The translations under genes and the position numbers were made by a program. Under the pieces are notes generated by a model that saw only the letters and a list, made by a program, of their open reading frames with translations, was not told the origin of the DNA and did no database searches. DNA of 64,000 bases from Lama guanicoe. Lineage: Eukaryota. Where the stretch lies: positions 2,693,078 through 2,757,077 of the forward strand of contig MU053376.1 in the NCBI GenBank assembly GCA_013239625.1, in the 5' to 3' direction. Position 1 is the first letter of the stretch. Every line of letters begins with the position of its first letter. Below, in pieces: positions 24,188-36,065 of the stretch.

Positions 24188-26637
24188 GTCAGTTGACTGT
24201 TCAAGTTTCTGAGTATGGATCTGAGGTGTTTGGGTGGAAGTTTCCACTTGATTGGGGTTGTAAAAGTAGACAGTCTCTGATGTATTGTAGGCAGAATTTT
24301 TCTTCACACTTTTAAGTTCTGCCTGTCTTTCAGAGGTGGGCTTGGATTGTGCTAGGGCAAATCTTTAAGAAAGAAACAGTTTGCAATAATATAGAAAAAA
24401 CGTTGTGGGTCCAGAAAAGCAATGCTAAATTAAGGATGGTGAAGAAATGCTGTTTTGTTTTTTTTTTTTAATAGTAGCTCTAGAGAGTCATTTAATTCTT
24501 CAAGACTCTTCAAAGAACCAAATATATATAACCCTTAAAATTGATTTCTGGGTCTGATTCACTGACAAAGCCACTAAAGGAACTCTCCAAAGCCACTAGA
24601 GTTGCTAACACGGTAAAGCACTTTAATAGTGTCCTCTCAGTAATTGAAAACACAAAGTTCTTTGAAATAGTTTATATTAACTCTTTAAATGACAGTTTTT
24701 ATGAAAGCAGAGTAAAATATGCTGTAGACTTTAGAAAAACCTGTTGAGTGAATGAAACTCTTCTGCCTAATTCATGCTGCTTTGGGCCACCAGGATGCCT
24801 TCTTGTTTTACAATTTGCCTAATGTATTAGCCATTTTTATGGACATTTCTGTTCTCGAATAGAGATACTTTTGTTTTTTTTTAGTTCTTTGGAAAATCTT
24901 ATTGACACTGAACCAGGAGATAATTTTTTAAATTATTTTAATTTTTCATTGAAATCCACAGACATGCAAAAAGCTGTGTAAAATATACATATAAGGCTTA
25001 ATAACTTTTCTGAAGCAAATAATCATATCACCACCACACATGTCGAGAAATAGGGCATCAGCAGCCCCTCACTTTCCAGATGCTCTGTTGGTCATGGACT
25101 CCATCCTCTGAAGTGAGACTCTGGTTTTCTGCTCCCTGTGCCATGTGACGTAGGGATTTCCCTCAGCTGCATGTATGCAAATCTCATTCTGGCAACTTAC
25201 TTCCTGCCTGAGCTCTCAAGGCTTCGCTAAATTTCTGCCTGAGTGACTTTGCTCTTACTGCCTTCAAGTATTTGTGGATTGTTGTTTTTCAAGATTTTGT
25301 CCAGATTTCAGAATTGCCACTCTCAAGTCCATTTGGCCATCACCCAGAATTTTTAAGAACTTAAAACATTATTATCATTGAAATTCCCTTTGTATGTTTC
25401 TTTATTCCATTAGCTAAAAAGCCAAATACACACAGACAGACAGAATCTCATGCCATTTAGTTCCCCTCTTTAAAAGGGGAACTTCAATTCCTGCCTGCTT
25501 TTGAGCACTCTTTAGTGGCATCAAATAGTTGTTTTTTAAAATCGTTTTTACCCATCATGCCCATGTTTTCATAATGATTTCATACATTTAATAATGGTTA
25601 TCCGGAAGCCGATTTTGCCATTACCTGAATCTTTTTAGGAATTTAAATATTACAGATATTATTGGTAAAGTTCCCTCGCACATTTCCCCACTCCCATTTC
25701 ACTTGCTCTCAGGCCATCACTGCCTCAAGTTTGGTGTGCAGGCTTCCTGTCTGTTTTTATGTCACCATTCATAATACATAATACTGTTTTTGTATTTTTT
25801 TTTTATAATTTATGTCCACATTATGTTATATGTTTCATTATCTAACGACTTTTTGCACTCAACATTGTTTTTCTGGGTTATATTCATACATTTTAGATTC
25901 AGTTCATCAATTCTAACACTTATATGGGGTTGCTGACTTCTTAAGTTTTTATGACATCTCTGGGCCTAAATGCTTTAGGCTGAATACGTCCAATTTTTTA
26001 ATGAGACAAGGCAGAGAGAAACAAGTTTTACTTATGCAAATTTGTTACAGAGCTAACTTTGTTGAACTGTCTTTCCACAAAAATACAAGATAATTTAACA
26101 AATTTAACTCGAACCTGAGTCAACAACTATTATGATAAAAATACAATCAATATCTGGATCAAATTTGTCTTTTATGTACAATTAATTTATTCTTTAAATG
26201 TTACATACCTTTGCTTTTATTTACAAAGTCATAGTGGCTACTTATTGACTGTGTAACATGGTGTCCTACATCATGCACCTTCCATTTGTCAACACGAGTG
26301 AGGCCTTACAACAACCTTGACTTGCCATCAAGTCATATAACCAGATTTACAGGTTGTTTGTTTCAGTGTTCAATAACTTTTTTTCATGTTTTATGTTTAT
26401 CGTGTTGACTGTTTAATAGATCTAGGCACTGGTATTCCTGTTTCTTGATTATGTTAGTAATGTCTAATTGTTTTCATTAATTCGTTTATAATTATTTCTT
26501 TTAGTTATGAAAGTCTGAGTTACTTTTGAACTTTCAAGTACAGCTGATTGATCTATAAATATATTAAATGGCTTGCAAATCAGTGACTGCAAAATATTTT
26601 TATTTTTGTAATTTTTTCTTTTTTTTTTCTCCTTTAG

Positions 26638-26658
26638 GTGCTAGCATCATTGCATCTG
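26638..26658 (+). CDS. CD55: CD55 exon 9: 21-nt micro-exon (GASIIAS)
   Basis: Long polypyrimidine tract + cctttag|, donor TCTG|gtaagt; phase 1/1; corresponds to the 21-nt human exon encoding TTRLLSG. Confidence 0.93.
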
Positions 26659-28494
26659 GTAAGTTTGGCTCTCCAGCAGTTAAAAGAAATTGTTATTACT
26701 GTGGAATGTACCATCCATATTCCTGGAAAAGAATATTGTCTTTCAAATGTCTTAGGAATACTATTAAAATGCAGTGTTTACGGGGGCCAAAGAGAAAGCA
26801 GGTAAATGCATTTTATCGACATGTTTTGTGGACACCGTTAGGTACTCGGTATGTTCCTAAGTATTCCCAACCATGTTCTTGTTCCAAGGTAATTCTAGGA
26901 CAACTTCAGGTCATTTGGCCAATCAATCGAGTATTATTACGTGCCTATTGTCTCAATTCATCATTCTAGTGGCTAACAAATCAGAAAGGGAGAGCATTAT
27001 CAATACAGTTTTTATCCTCAAATATTTTATAATTAATCATACACTACTTTTTGACCATTTCTAAATTTCCATCCTATCCCAAGTAAAACAAAGAGAATGC
27101 TACCTTTGATTATAACCTCTCCCTTTTCCTTTCCTTGTCAGTGGTTTAGAGTAAAGTTATCTTTAAAGAAATATTCTGTTGCTATAGACATGAAGCCAAA
27201 AACAAATACCCGTGTTGCAATTCCTTCTAGCATTTGGTCCAGTCTTTCTTTGTTCATGAATATATTATTTGATGTTATGCATTAACAAGATTCATAAGCT
27301 CCTAAAGAAGATGGTAAAAGAAATGTCTGTTGAGAAACAATTACAGCTAAAATTGGCATATTGATAAGTAATGTCTAACAGAAAGTACACTTATAAAAAA
27401 GTGTGTATTTGAATGTATGTACTTATAAGCTGAAGTCCGATATCTTACACATGCGTGAATTAACCAAGGGACTCTAAAAGTGAAAGCAGGTACTTTATTA
27501 TTTTTTATTATTATTTATTTTAGTTTTTATATTTTAAATGAACTTTTTTAACCTTTTATTTTTTAGATGAAACTTTTTTTAAGCTAAGAGATTTTGTGGA
27601 AAGATTCCAACAGTTGGAATTCACTGTGTTCATTCTATATTTTAAATAAAAAGAAGTGTATTCTAAATGAAAATCTCATGATTTAATGATTTACTGTTAA
27701 CAACAGTGACAAATTTAATAGATGAGCTTTTTCTTACCAGCTCAGCAGCATTCAGTGACGGGTGGAGGTGCTTACTATTTTCTCTGAAATTCTTTAAGTG
27801 TGTGACTTCCCAGAAACGTTCCTTATCTTAATGTTAGTTGCAATTCCAGCTTGTGCTCAGAAATAGAGGAATTCCTTCCCTCCCGAATCAGTCATATGGC
27901 AATATTTTTCTTTGGGATCCTATACTTACAAAATATAAACCTGAATATTATCTTTATTTCTTCAATTTGTTATGTGAATGAGGTCAGTTTCCGTATTTTA
28001 AAGATAAGCAAACTCCACTGTGAGGAAATTTCTCTTATTGATTATACAGCAAGGTACATGAATGATACAAATGATATTAGCACTTTGCAAGTATTTGAAT
28101 TTTTTTCCTATTTAATTCCGCTGAGAAAGAGAGACTGACTAGTCTTAGAACTTCCTCATCTGCCGTTTAAGTGAAGCCTGCATTGTGAATTTTAAAGCTA
28201 TGTCTGCTGGGTCTGTATCAGTGATTTTCAAAAACAATTTTTTTTTTATCCTTGCCCTTTCCTCCTCAAGGAGCTTTTTAGGTATTTTTTTTCCTAGTCA
28301 TCCTCATGAAATATTAATACTACAGATATACTGTAAATCTATTTATGTGCCATGTGCATATCTGTACTTTATATATAAAAAAGTAGTATTTTTTCACTCT
28401 CTTTGGATGATACAACCCCCATTGAAAATACATTCTCCATGTAGTTGTGGGGCTTCGTGCTTCCGTTTTTGTTTGCAGTGTCTTATGGAAGGAA

Positions 28495-28715
28495 GGCTTG
28501 TGCTTTGGACTCAGAGCTTGGTTTGAATTCTGGATTGACTTTTTTTTTTTCGTTTAGTAATAATTCAACCCAAGTGATTCACTTAGTCTCTCTGAGTCCC
28601 AATTTTCTAATTTATGAGATGGAGATCATGATTTGTGCTTAAAGTCTTAGAAGCTTAATGAGATAATAGATGTGAAAACTACTAGCATAATGCTAAAAAT
28701 TGAACAAATATTAGC
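28495..28715 (+). mobile_element. MIR SINE
   Basis: gctttggactcaga...cacttagtctctctgagtcccaattttctaatttatgagatgg...aatgagataa. Confidence 0.6.
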
Positions 28716-31700
28716 TCAAAGAATTCATAGAATGCAGTCACTATTTTTATCCTAAGATGGGTTTCTGGTAATTTTATCATTCTCTCTGGCCACGCCTTTA
28801 CTAGGGTAATGTTTGCACGTCTGCTGTGTGACAAGTATTGTACTGAAGATTTTCTATGCATTATTTCATTTACTTCTCACTACAGTTGTATCATGTAGCC
28901 GTGTCCCACTTTATAGCTGAGAGAACTGTGGTTTTGCAAGATTTTTAACTCGCTCAAGGTCACACAGCTATTAGGCATTTAAATAGAGGCAGATGAGTAG
29001 TTTTTCTAGCACCAGGTCCTTGAAAGGATAGAAAGATTCATGTCCTAGAACGGCTCTACTCAAATTTGACAATTAAGATACTCCTGATTCTTTATAAGTA
29101 TTACTGTTTTTTCTCCATTGCTGAAATCTTATATTGTGACATTCATAAATCCTTTATGAGGTTTAGGTCAATTGAAGGAATATTAAAGAAAAAAAATTCA
29201 AGAATACTTAGTGAAATAGCTAAAATACTTTTTCTGTATCCTTTAAATACCACATGCATATTTACTTATGCTTTATACATCTACCTGAATATGGCATATG
29301 TTACAGACCAGCCCAAATTGAAGCTCACTTTCAAGAGTCTTGAATCATCAGTGGTGATTTGAAATGCATAATTTGCTGATACAGGGGTCTTCAATTTGTC
29401 ATATTACCTATTTTGACGCCTGACAAACTTAAATTCCATTATAAAGTCACTTCAATTATCTAATACATATTATTCAGAGTTAAGAAGTCAGATAATCATG
29501 CAATTTTTCAGTGATCTGTTTAGTCTGGAAAGAGAAGTGTGTGAATTTCCCTTACTTAAAAATTTTGAAGCATCACAGAGGCACAGAAAATCTAATGATA
29601 ACAGCAAGACAGTTCTAGGGTCCTGTGGATGTTACTGAGGGAAGGTGTTGAATCCTGATTTATACAATCTAAAAATTTAAGATTTACTTGAGTGCACTCT
29701 TTTTCTCTCTACAAAAGTCTCCTTGTAACTTCACTTGTCCACGGACCTCAGTCCCTTTTATGTTAAATAAGATTATAAAGAAGAACAAAACCTACTCCCA
29801 GCTTTCTTAGTTTTTCATAGTATGTAGACTATATTTCCACTTTGCTGGTTATATAAGTGAGGCTCTTTGAAGTGCCAGGATGAATCCACTTCTCTTCAGA
29901 AAAGGAGACAAGCATCACTTAATGACACCATATCTTGTGTTTAGATTCTGACTTGGATTGTTCAGGAATAGAGATGATCATCTAGACATTAATGTAATAC
30001 CCATCTAATATAAATTCTGTTTGAATAATCTCAGGTGTGTTTATTGAGAATATTATGAACAGTTAAAATCATGACTTGAACTTGGGGGTTAGAAATAGGT
30101 TTTTCATCTGGTGATAAACTATTTGATTTATCCTTTTCTGGTCTCAGTTTTCTCATTTGCAAAAAGAATGTCATTCAGTGCAATTTAATAAATATTTACC
30201 AAACACTTCTGACTATTTACCAAGTACCATGCTAGTTATTGGATGTAATAAGATAACTAGGGCAAACTGCTTTGCGTGTTTTAAGCACTATGTAAATACA
30301 GTTCTACATAATGGGGAACATTACTAAAAACCTCCTTTTACTCGGAGGAAAACATATTCTAAAATTATGTAGTTCTGCTACCTAAGAGCTCTTCAATTAA
30401 TAATTGAGAACATTAGAATCATAATCATAATTTCACTTATGATTTCCTAGTTTCACTTATCCCAGGTTATGTAAATCTTGACACTGATTCACTGATGGAT
30501 GGTTTTTAAGGTCATAAACTACTGCCTTTGTACTTTGAAGTTTTCTTTATTTCTAATTGGGGAACTAATACTCTCATTAATTTACTGAGGAATCCTTTAC
30601 TTAGAATTCTATTTCTTGTATTTCTGTATTTTGCGCTGGTTTTCTGTTAAAATATCAACCTTCACACACTTTTCTTCTAGAATTACCCATATGTGCTGAC
30701 CAGTGACCTAAGAATAGGCTTTTATTTCTGTCATCCAGGTATTCTGATTCACTTTACAATTTTCTATCTTCACTTATCATTCAAATTGAAAATGAGATTT
30801 TTTTCTGCGACGTTTGAAAATGGTGGGATTAATGGGGAGTGGTGAAAGAAAAAGAAACCCCATATTTTTGAAGAATCATGATTTATTTTAGGAATACAGT
30901 CTTTCCAAACTAATTTCATGGTGCTAAGGGATCAGTTAAAGGAGTTGATTGGGTAAAATACTATAAAACCTGTGGTTGAAATAGCTGTGTTTAACTTCGT
31001 ATCCATACAGTGGTTCAGTTGTGCAACATCTACAGTATTTTGCTCACTTGGAACTAGATAGACTTATTAATCACATTAACTTCAGTTGCTTTTCTAGTGT
31101 CATCTATAATTTTCTTCATAGTACAGATCAAAAGTAGAGTTCAAGGACTTTGGAGGGTGAAGTGGGGAAGAAAAGGGAGACCAAAGGTGGTGAGGGGAAA
31201 GGGCAAATGGGTGGTTTTGAAAAGAAAGTTTATGTGTAAAAATACACTAGAAAATATTTTTGATGTTGATCAACTTATTGACCAATTATTTGCTGTTGTT
31301 CAACTCAAAATAATACATTTAATCTTGAAAGTAAATATTAGCTTCCCCAAATGAAATTTTATCTGCAATGGACTGAATTCTGGAAAACATATTCTGTCGT
31401 CAAAGTGAGTTTTACTCTCCATGCTCAAAGAAGAGGATGGAAAAATGCCACCATTTCTGTCATCTTTGCTATGAACTAAGTAAGTGGCTTTCCCATTAAC
31501 CACACATATAAGCTTCACGTTTCTGAGGCTCAGTTTACTAATCTACAAAATGAGAGTGAACTCCAAGACAAAATTACATAAGATAAGGCAATGATTTAAA
31601 TAATCAATGATCAAACCCTTTAAAATGGAGTGTGGTGGAGTTGAAACATGGGAGAATCCTCTCAAAGCTGTCCAAACTTATTTGAGCATCGTGATACTTC

Positions 31701-31928
31701 ATTTTAAATATATCATTTTTCCTTGAAAGATAACAGAATAAATAACATGCAGTTTTTATTGTCAAACTTGTGACATAAGTAAGCCATGTACAAAATATAA
31801 ATCATGTTTCCTGTTTTTTTCTTGATCTTGCTTCATAATCACTATATTTGTCATTATGAAACTACACTGTATATGTGATTGCCCATGTTTCTGTATTAAC
31901 TGTCTTACCAAATTTTTTCCCTCTCAAG

Positions 31929-32001
31929 GAATTGTTGCTGCTACTATATTAATTGGTATCCTAATTCTAGTCAAAACTTTCTGGGACTATGGAAAATCAG
32001 G
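31929..32001 (+). CDS. CD55: CD55 alternative transmembrane exon (GIVAATILIGILILVKTFWDYGKSG)
   Basis: Acceptor ttttttccctctcaag|, phase-2 donor TCAGG|gtgagc, 73 nt, open, hydrophobic run followed by K/W; TM isoforms of DAF are known in pig, rodents and guinea pig. Confidence 0.85.
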
Positions 32002-32419
32002 GTGAGCAGAAATTCTGATGATTTAAAAAAATTTCTTATCTTCTTTCCAGTAAAACTTGCCACTGTACCAGTAGATTACTTTCTTAGCTTCATTGTATTT
32101 TTTGACATGCTCTCTCATTATTCCTTTTGTGTATAATTACTATCCTGGATGAACAGAATTGATATATTTAAATTTTTTTTTAATTTCTCAATATGTATAA
32201 GGGCATTCGGGATAGTGATTTGAAAGCCAGAGTCTCATTTTGCAATCTATTAATCAACTCACCTTTTCCCCTGTTCAATACAATTTATGATAGTGTCTGT
32301 GTGTTGTACAGACGCAAAAGATTCTAGGAAAAGAACCTCTAACATATGGCTAAGTTGCCTGTGACTAGAGCTTTTTCTGAGTTGTATTTATTAGTTGATG
32401 CCAGTCTGTTCAAAATCAG

Positions 32420-32645
32420 CTCAGTGGTTAAGAGAGGAGGGTCTGGAACGTGACTTCTTGATTCCAGTTCGGGGTCTACTATTTACGTGCCATGTGACTG
32501 TCAGCAGCTTAACTTCTCAGTTTTCTCATTTGTCAAATGGGGGGAAATATAGTCCCTACTTTGTAGTATCTGCTTCATGAGATCAAATGAATTGCCACCT
32601 GTAAAGAGGTTAGAACTTTACTTGACACATGCGTGGTAAGGACTC
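32420..32645 (+). mobile_element. MIR SINE
   Basis: cagtggttaagag...tctcagttttctcatttgtcaaatgggg...tgagatcaaatga. Confidence 0.7.
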
Positions 32646-33995
32646 GTGGTGAAACGGCAACATACATACACAAAAGTCAGTATCTGAAGCATCTGATCTG
32701 CATTGAATACATGTGTTAAGTATAATGTCGTGGTTGGCTCTGATGTATCCTGTAGACAAACAGGGTATTATTTAAATTGACCTTCTTCTGTTTTATAGAT
32801 TTCATTGTTCAGAAAACGAACTGTGGAGTTCACACAAGCTTGATCTCTTTCCAAAGTGCCCTAATGCTTCTTATATTTTTGTATTAATTTATTAAGAACA
32901 ACTATGTTTTAATACTCTTACTAAATTGCCTGTTTCAAGTCTTTGGGTGATTTAAGCGATCTGCTTTTTATTCTCCGTTGCTCTTTCCCTTTTCTTTAAA
33001 TTGATAATATTATTTAAGCTCATTATAAGCTAAAGTATGTAAACGTTCTTTAAATTACTCAATGGTTCCATCTTTTACTAAAATATTTGACCATTACGTC
33101 CTGGTTTTTTTTTTAAATAGTTTTTACAAATATTTGTATATTGCCAATAAAATATTCTAAATGCTGTAACAGCAAATGTAGAAAAAATATAACTTTCTCT
33201 TCAGATTTTTTCAGAAAGTTTTTAAGACTGTGGTTTAGAGCCCAGCAAAAACAAACAGAAATTCTAAATCATATGAAGTGAATTAAGGTGGCACAGATGC
33301 TTCAGGAAAACCACTCTGGAAAAAAGAGTAAACCACCAGTCTTGTGTACTTTCTTATGTTTTTTCCAGCTCTCCTTTGGAATTGGAGCATTATCAATTTA
33401 CTTTCCAAAGCCAGTGCTTTGGGGCTTAATAGGTGAGAGGAGGTGGAGCGTGATGAGTTTACAAGAGGCTCTCCCGTGGCTAGCATCAGTTTTTTTAAAT
33501 ACTTTTTGGTAAAATAATTGGCCATGATATTTTTAATAGGATGAAATGTGCTGAAATGTAGGAGAGAATATTTGTTTTGTATTTCATTGGGGTTTTGCAG
33601 CAAATCTAATTCTTCTATTTCTGAATCGGGAAATTCATGTGAACCCCTAAGAAAAACTTTGCCTTTTTCATGTGCTCTTAAAACCACTCCATTTGCCTTA
33701 TTTTGGAAGCTGTGAAGGATGAGAGCTAACTTTATACATTCCTGCTTATTCTCCCAATATCATACAGATTTAATTAAAAATTTGATGTGAATGATTGAAG
33801 GTGATAATGTACCTTCACCTGGTGATCCTTTGTGCTTGCCTATCAAAGGATTTATTCACATCTTTTAGTGTTGGGTATGTATGATACATTTTAGTTTACA
33901 AGAAGAATGTGATTGTAAGCAAATGCTGATAATTGCTTTTTGATTGAAGTTATACCTTCATAATTCAATTAGTGTTTTCCTTCTCTGCTATTCAG

Positions 33996-34059
33996 CTCTT
34001 ACGATACTTGTGAGACCAACAAAGCGCTTAATGTTAGGTTTCAAAATGTAAGTGACTGA
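33996..34059 (+). CDS. CD55: CD55 putative alternative cytoplasmic-tail exon, coding part (GSYDTCETNKALNVRFQNVSD*); exon probably runs to 34099
   Basis: Strong acceptor ttttccttctctgctattcag| in phase with the TM exon; donors AAT|gtaagt (34048) and AAG|gtatat (34100). Confidence 0.6.
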
Positions 34060-34993
34060 CGATGCCACAGAAGGAAGACCTTCTGGTAATTTATAAAAGG
34101 TATATGGTATTATAAAATCCCATTTCTGTGTCTTGCAAAATGTCCACCAGTATAGTTGGCTTAGGATTTATCAGTGACTATTTAAGGATAATAGAGACTT
34201 AACCCTCTATTATTGTCAGAATTGTTTCTCTTTGTTGAATGAGGGACTAACACATTGACTCTTCCATTAGTATGACATGTCATCCATCCTCCACTCTTCA
34301 GCAATATGCTCATCATCTCATCCTGGATTTTGCACTCCATTTATTGTAATGATTGGCTGCTCACAATGCTACAAATATTTGGGGAAAAAAAAAACAACCC
34401 AGAAATACATTCAGGCTTACAAATAGGAATGCCTTCATTGTGACTGTTTGCATCCTGAGATGATTGGCCTGAACTGCATTTGCGTCTCCTTCTGCTTGAT
34501 GGCTTTTAGAGTTTCCAGTGTTTAAGAAATATTAAATCTGTTTTAACATATCTTTTATAAGTCATGTTTGTAGATCTTGTGAGATACATCTTTTACATTG
34601 TTGTGCAAATTATTATGCAAAAGTAACTTAATTTGTATGTATCTATGAAACTTTCTAGGTGTCTTCTTTTGATGAAACTTTCTTCTGTTTCGGTGGATTT
34701 TCATTGATTTTTAATATGAAAGTAACTGGGTTGGTTCTAACTTGGCCGCTTAATCCCAAGAAACTAAAAACTTAAGTGCCATATTTTCATTGATGTTACT
34801 AAAGCTACTGAACTCTAAACTCCATGCTGGCTGAGGTTGTCCATACTATAACTAACTAATTTTGCATTTGTTTTGCATGCCAAATTAACCGACTAATTCT
34901 TTTTCATGGTTTATCACATAGTAACTAAAAAATTAATGTATATCACCAGTAAATAAAATTATTTTGATTTACCTTTTTTTTTTTAACTTTCAG

Positions 34994-35049
34994 GACATGC
35001 ATGTATAACACTGACAGTTTTGCTTGTGATGCTAGTTACCATTGGCTAG
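34994..35049 (+). CDS. CD55: CD55 terminal exon, GPI-signal frame ([18 protein letters not shown])
   Basis: Acceptor ttttaactttcag|, phase 1 from exon 9; homologous to human GHTCFTLTGLLGTLVTMGLLT*. Confidence 0.95.
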
Positions 35050-35117
35050 CTGACTTAGCCAAAGAAGAGTTAAGAAGAAAGTGCACACAAGACCACAGAT
35101 TATTTCTAGTTTCTTAG
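34994..35117 (+). CDS. CD55: CD55 terminal exon, second frame ([40 protein letters not shown])
   Basis: Frame entered from the phase-2 TM exon; open for 40 codons; resembles the C-terminus of the human frameshifted isoform (...[22 protein letters not shown]) as I recall it. Confidence 0.7.
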
Positions 35118-36065
35118 AACTTTCTGGTGGCGTGGATACAGTGTATGTGTTAGTGCTCTTTGTTTTGCATGCTATCACTGTCTTTAATTGCATAGGAATG
35201 TCCATGAAGCAAGGAGAAACGAATCTGTCCTGGAATCACATTCTCAACACTCCTAAGACTCTTGAAAATAGAACAACTCCCAAGACTGAGAGTGATTACT
35301 TTCCTAAAAATGTGGGAAAGTAAAGAGATTTGTTCATGCTTAGAATCAGAGCAAGAAGAAAAGGAAGAAAGGGATTTTTTTTCATCAAATCTGTAATGTT
35401 ACTTTTACTTACAAAGGTAATAAAGTTGAAAAACATTATTTGGATATTGAAAACAAACAGACAAAATACTAAAACTAGTCTCTTCTAAGAAAAATTGCCA
35501 AAGAGAGATGACCCACATTATAAAGTAATTTCTTCTTGACTGTAAGGGATTTTCATCTTTTCTTATTCCATTAAAATGAGTTTGCATCATTTGGCAAAAT
35601 ATTTTAAAGAAAAGACATGCTAATGACACGAGTGTTGAGTTTCTTGGGTTAGTTGGTAGCGAAGGAGGAGTACAGAATGAAAGAGTAATTCTTTCCTTGT
35701 CATACTAGCCCAGATAGTGAATTCTTATCTGTAAGATGGATCAGCTATAATTTTGTTCTTAGTACTATTTTTTTTTTGGAAAAAGAGCCCTGTGAAAGGG
35801 CAAAAGATATCTTGTTGACTTAATATCTTTAAAAGTACCCAGAGATATTATGATATTAATATAAGGAAAGCGTCTTTATTTCTGAAGTGAGATGTTCATA
35901 GCCAAATCATAAATTTTATTCTTTTATAATATTAAGATTAATTTATATTTATTTATGTCAGCAAACACATTAGTTTTACATGTATACCAAGAAAAGTTCA
36001 AGAAGATATGTAAAGAAAAATTTATTTTCCCTAAATAGAAATAAATAATTGATCACATTTTTGTC
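35050..36065 (+). other. CD55: CD55 3' UTR with several poly(A) signals and AU-rich elements
   Basis: AATAAA 35419-35424, ATTAAA 35570-35575, AATAAA 36040-36045 followed by U/GU-rich sequence; ATTTA cluster ~35937-35955. Confidence 0.75.

Larger units (their letters stand above)
10882..35049 (+). other. CD55: CD55 / decay-accelerating factor gene, ATG to GPI-isoform stop (multi-exon)
   Basis: Spliced translation gives signal peptide + 4 CCP/sushi domains + S/T-rich stalk + hydrophobic GPI signal ([18 protein letters not shown]). Exon sizes 112/183/192/100/86/189/63+84 (or 735)/21/56 keep the frame and fit the known CD55 exon layout. Confidence 0.98.

Noticed and set aside
24188..24315. Read-through of the stalk ORF past the exon-8 donor (QLTVQVSEY...)
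   Set aside because: Composition changes abruptly at a good donor; ~42 open codons is compatible with chance.
25459..25483. 9-bp inverted repeat agttcccct...aggggaact
   Set aside because: Short isolated hairpin, expected by chance in 64 kb.
32775..32895. Acceptor-like ttcttctgttttatag at 32798
   Set aside because: No convincing downstream donor and no recognisable peptide.
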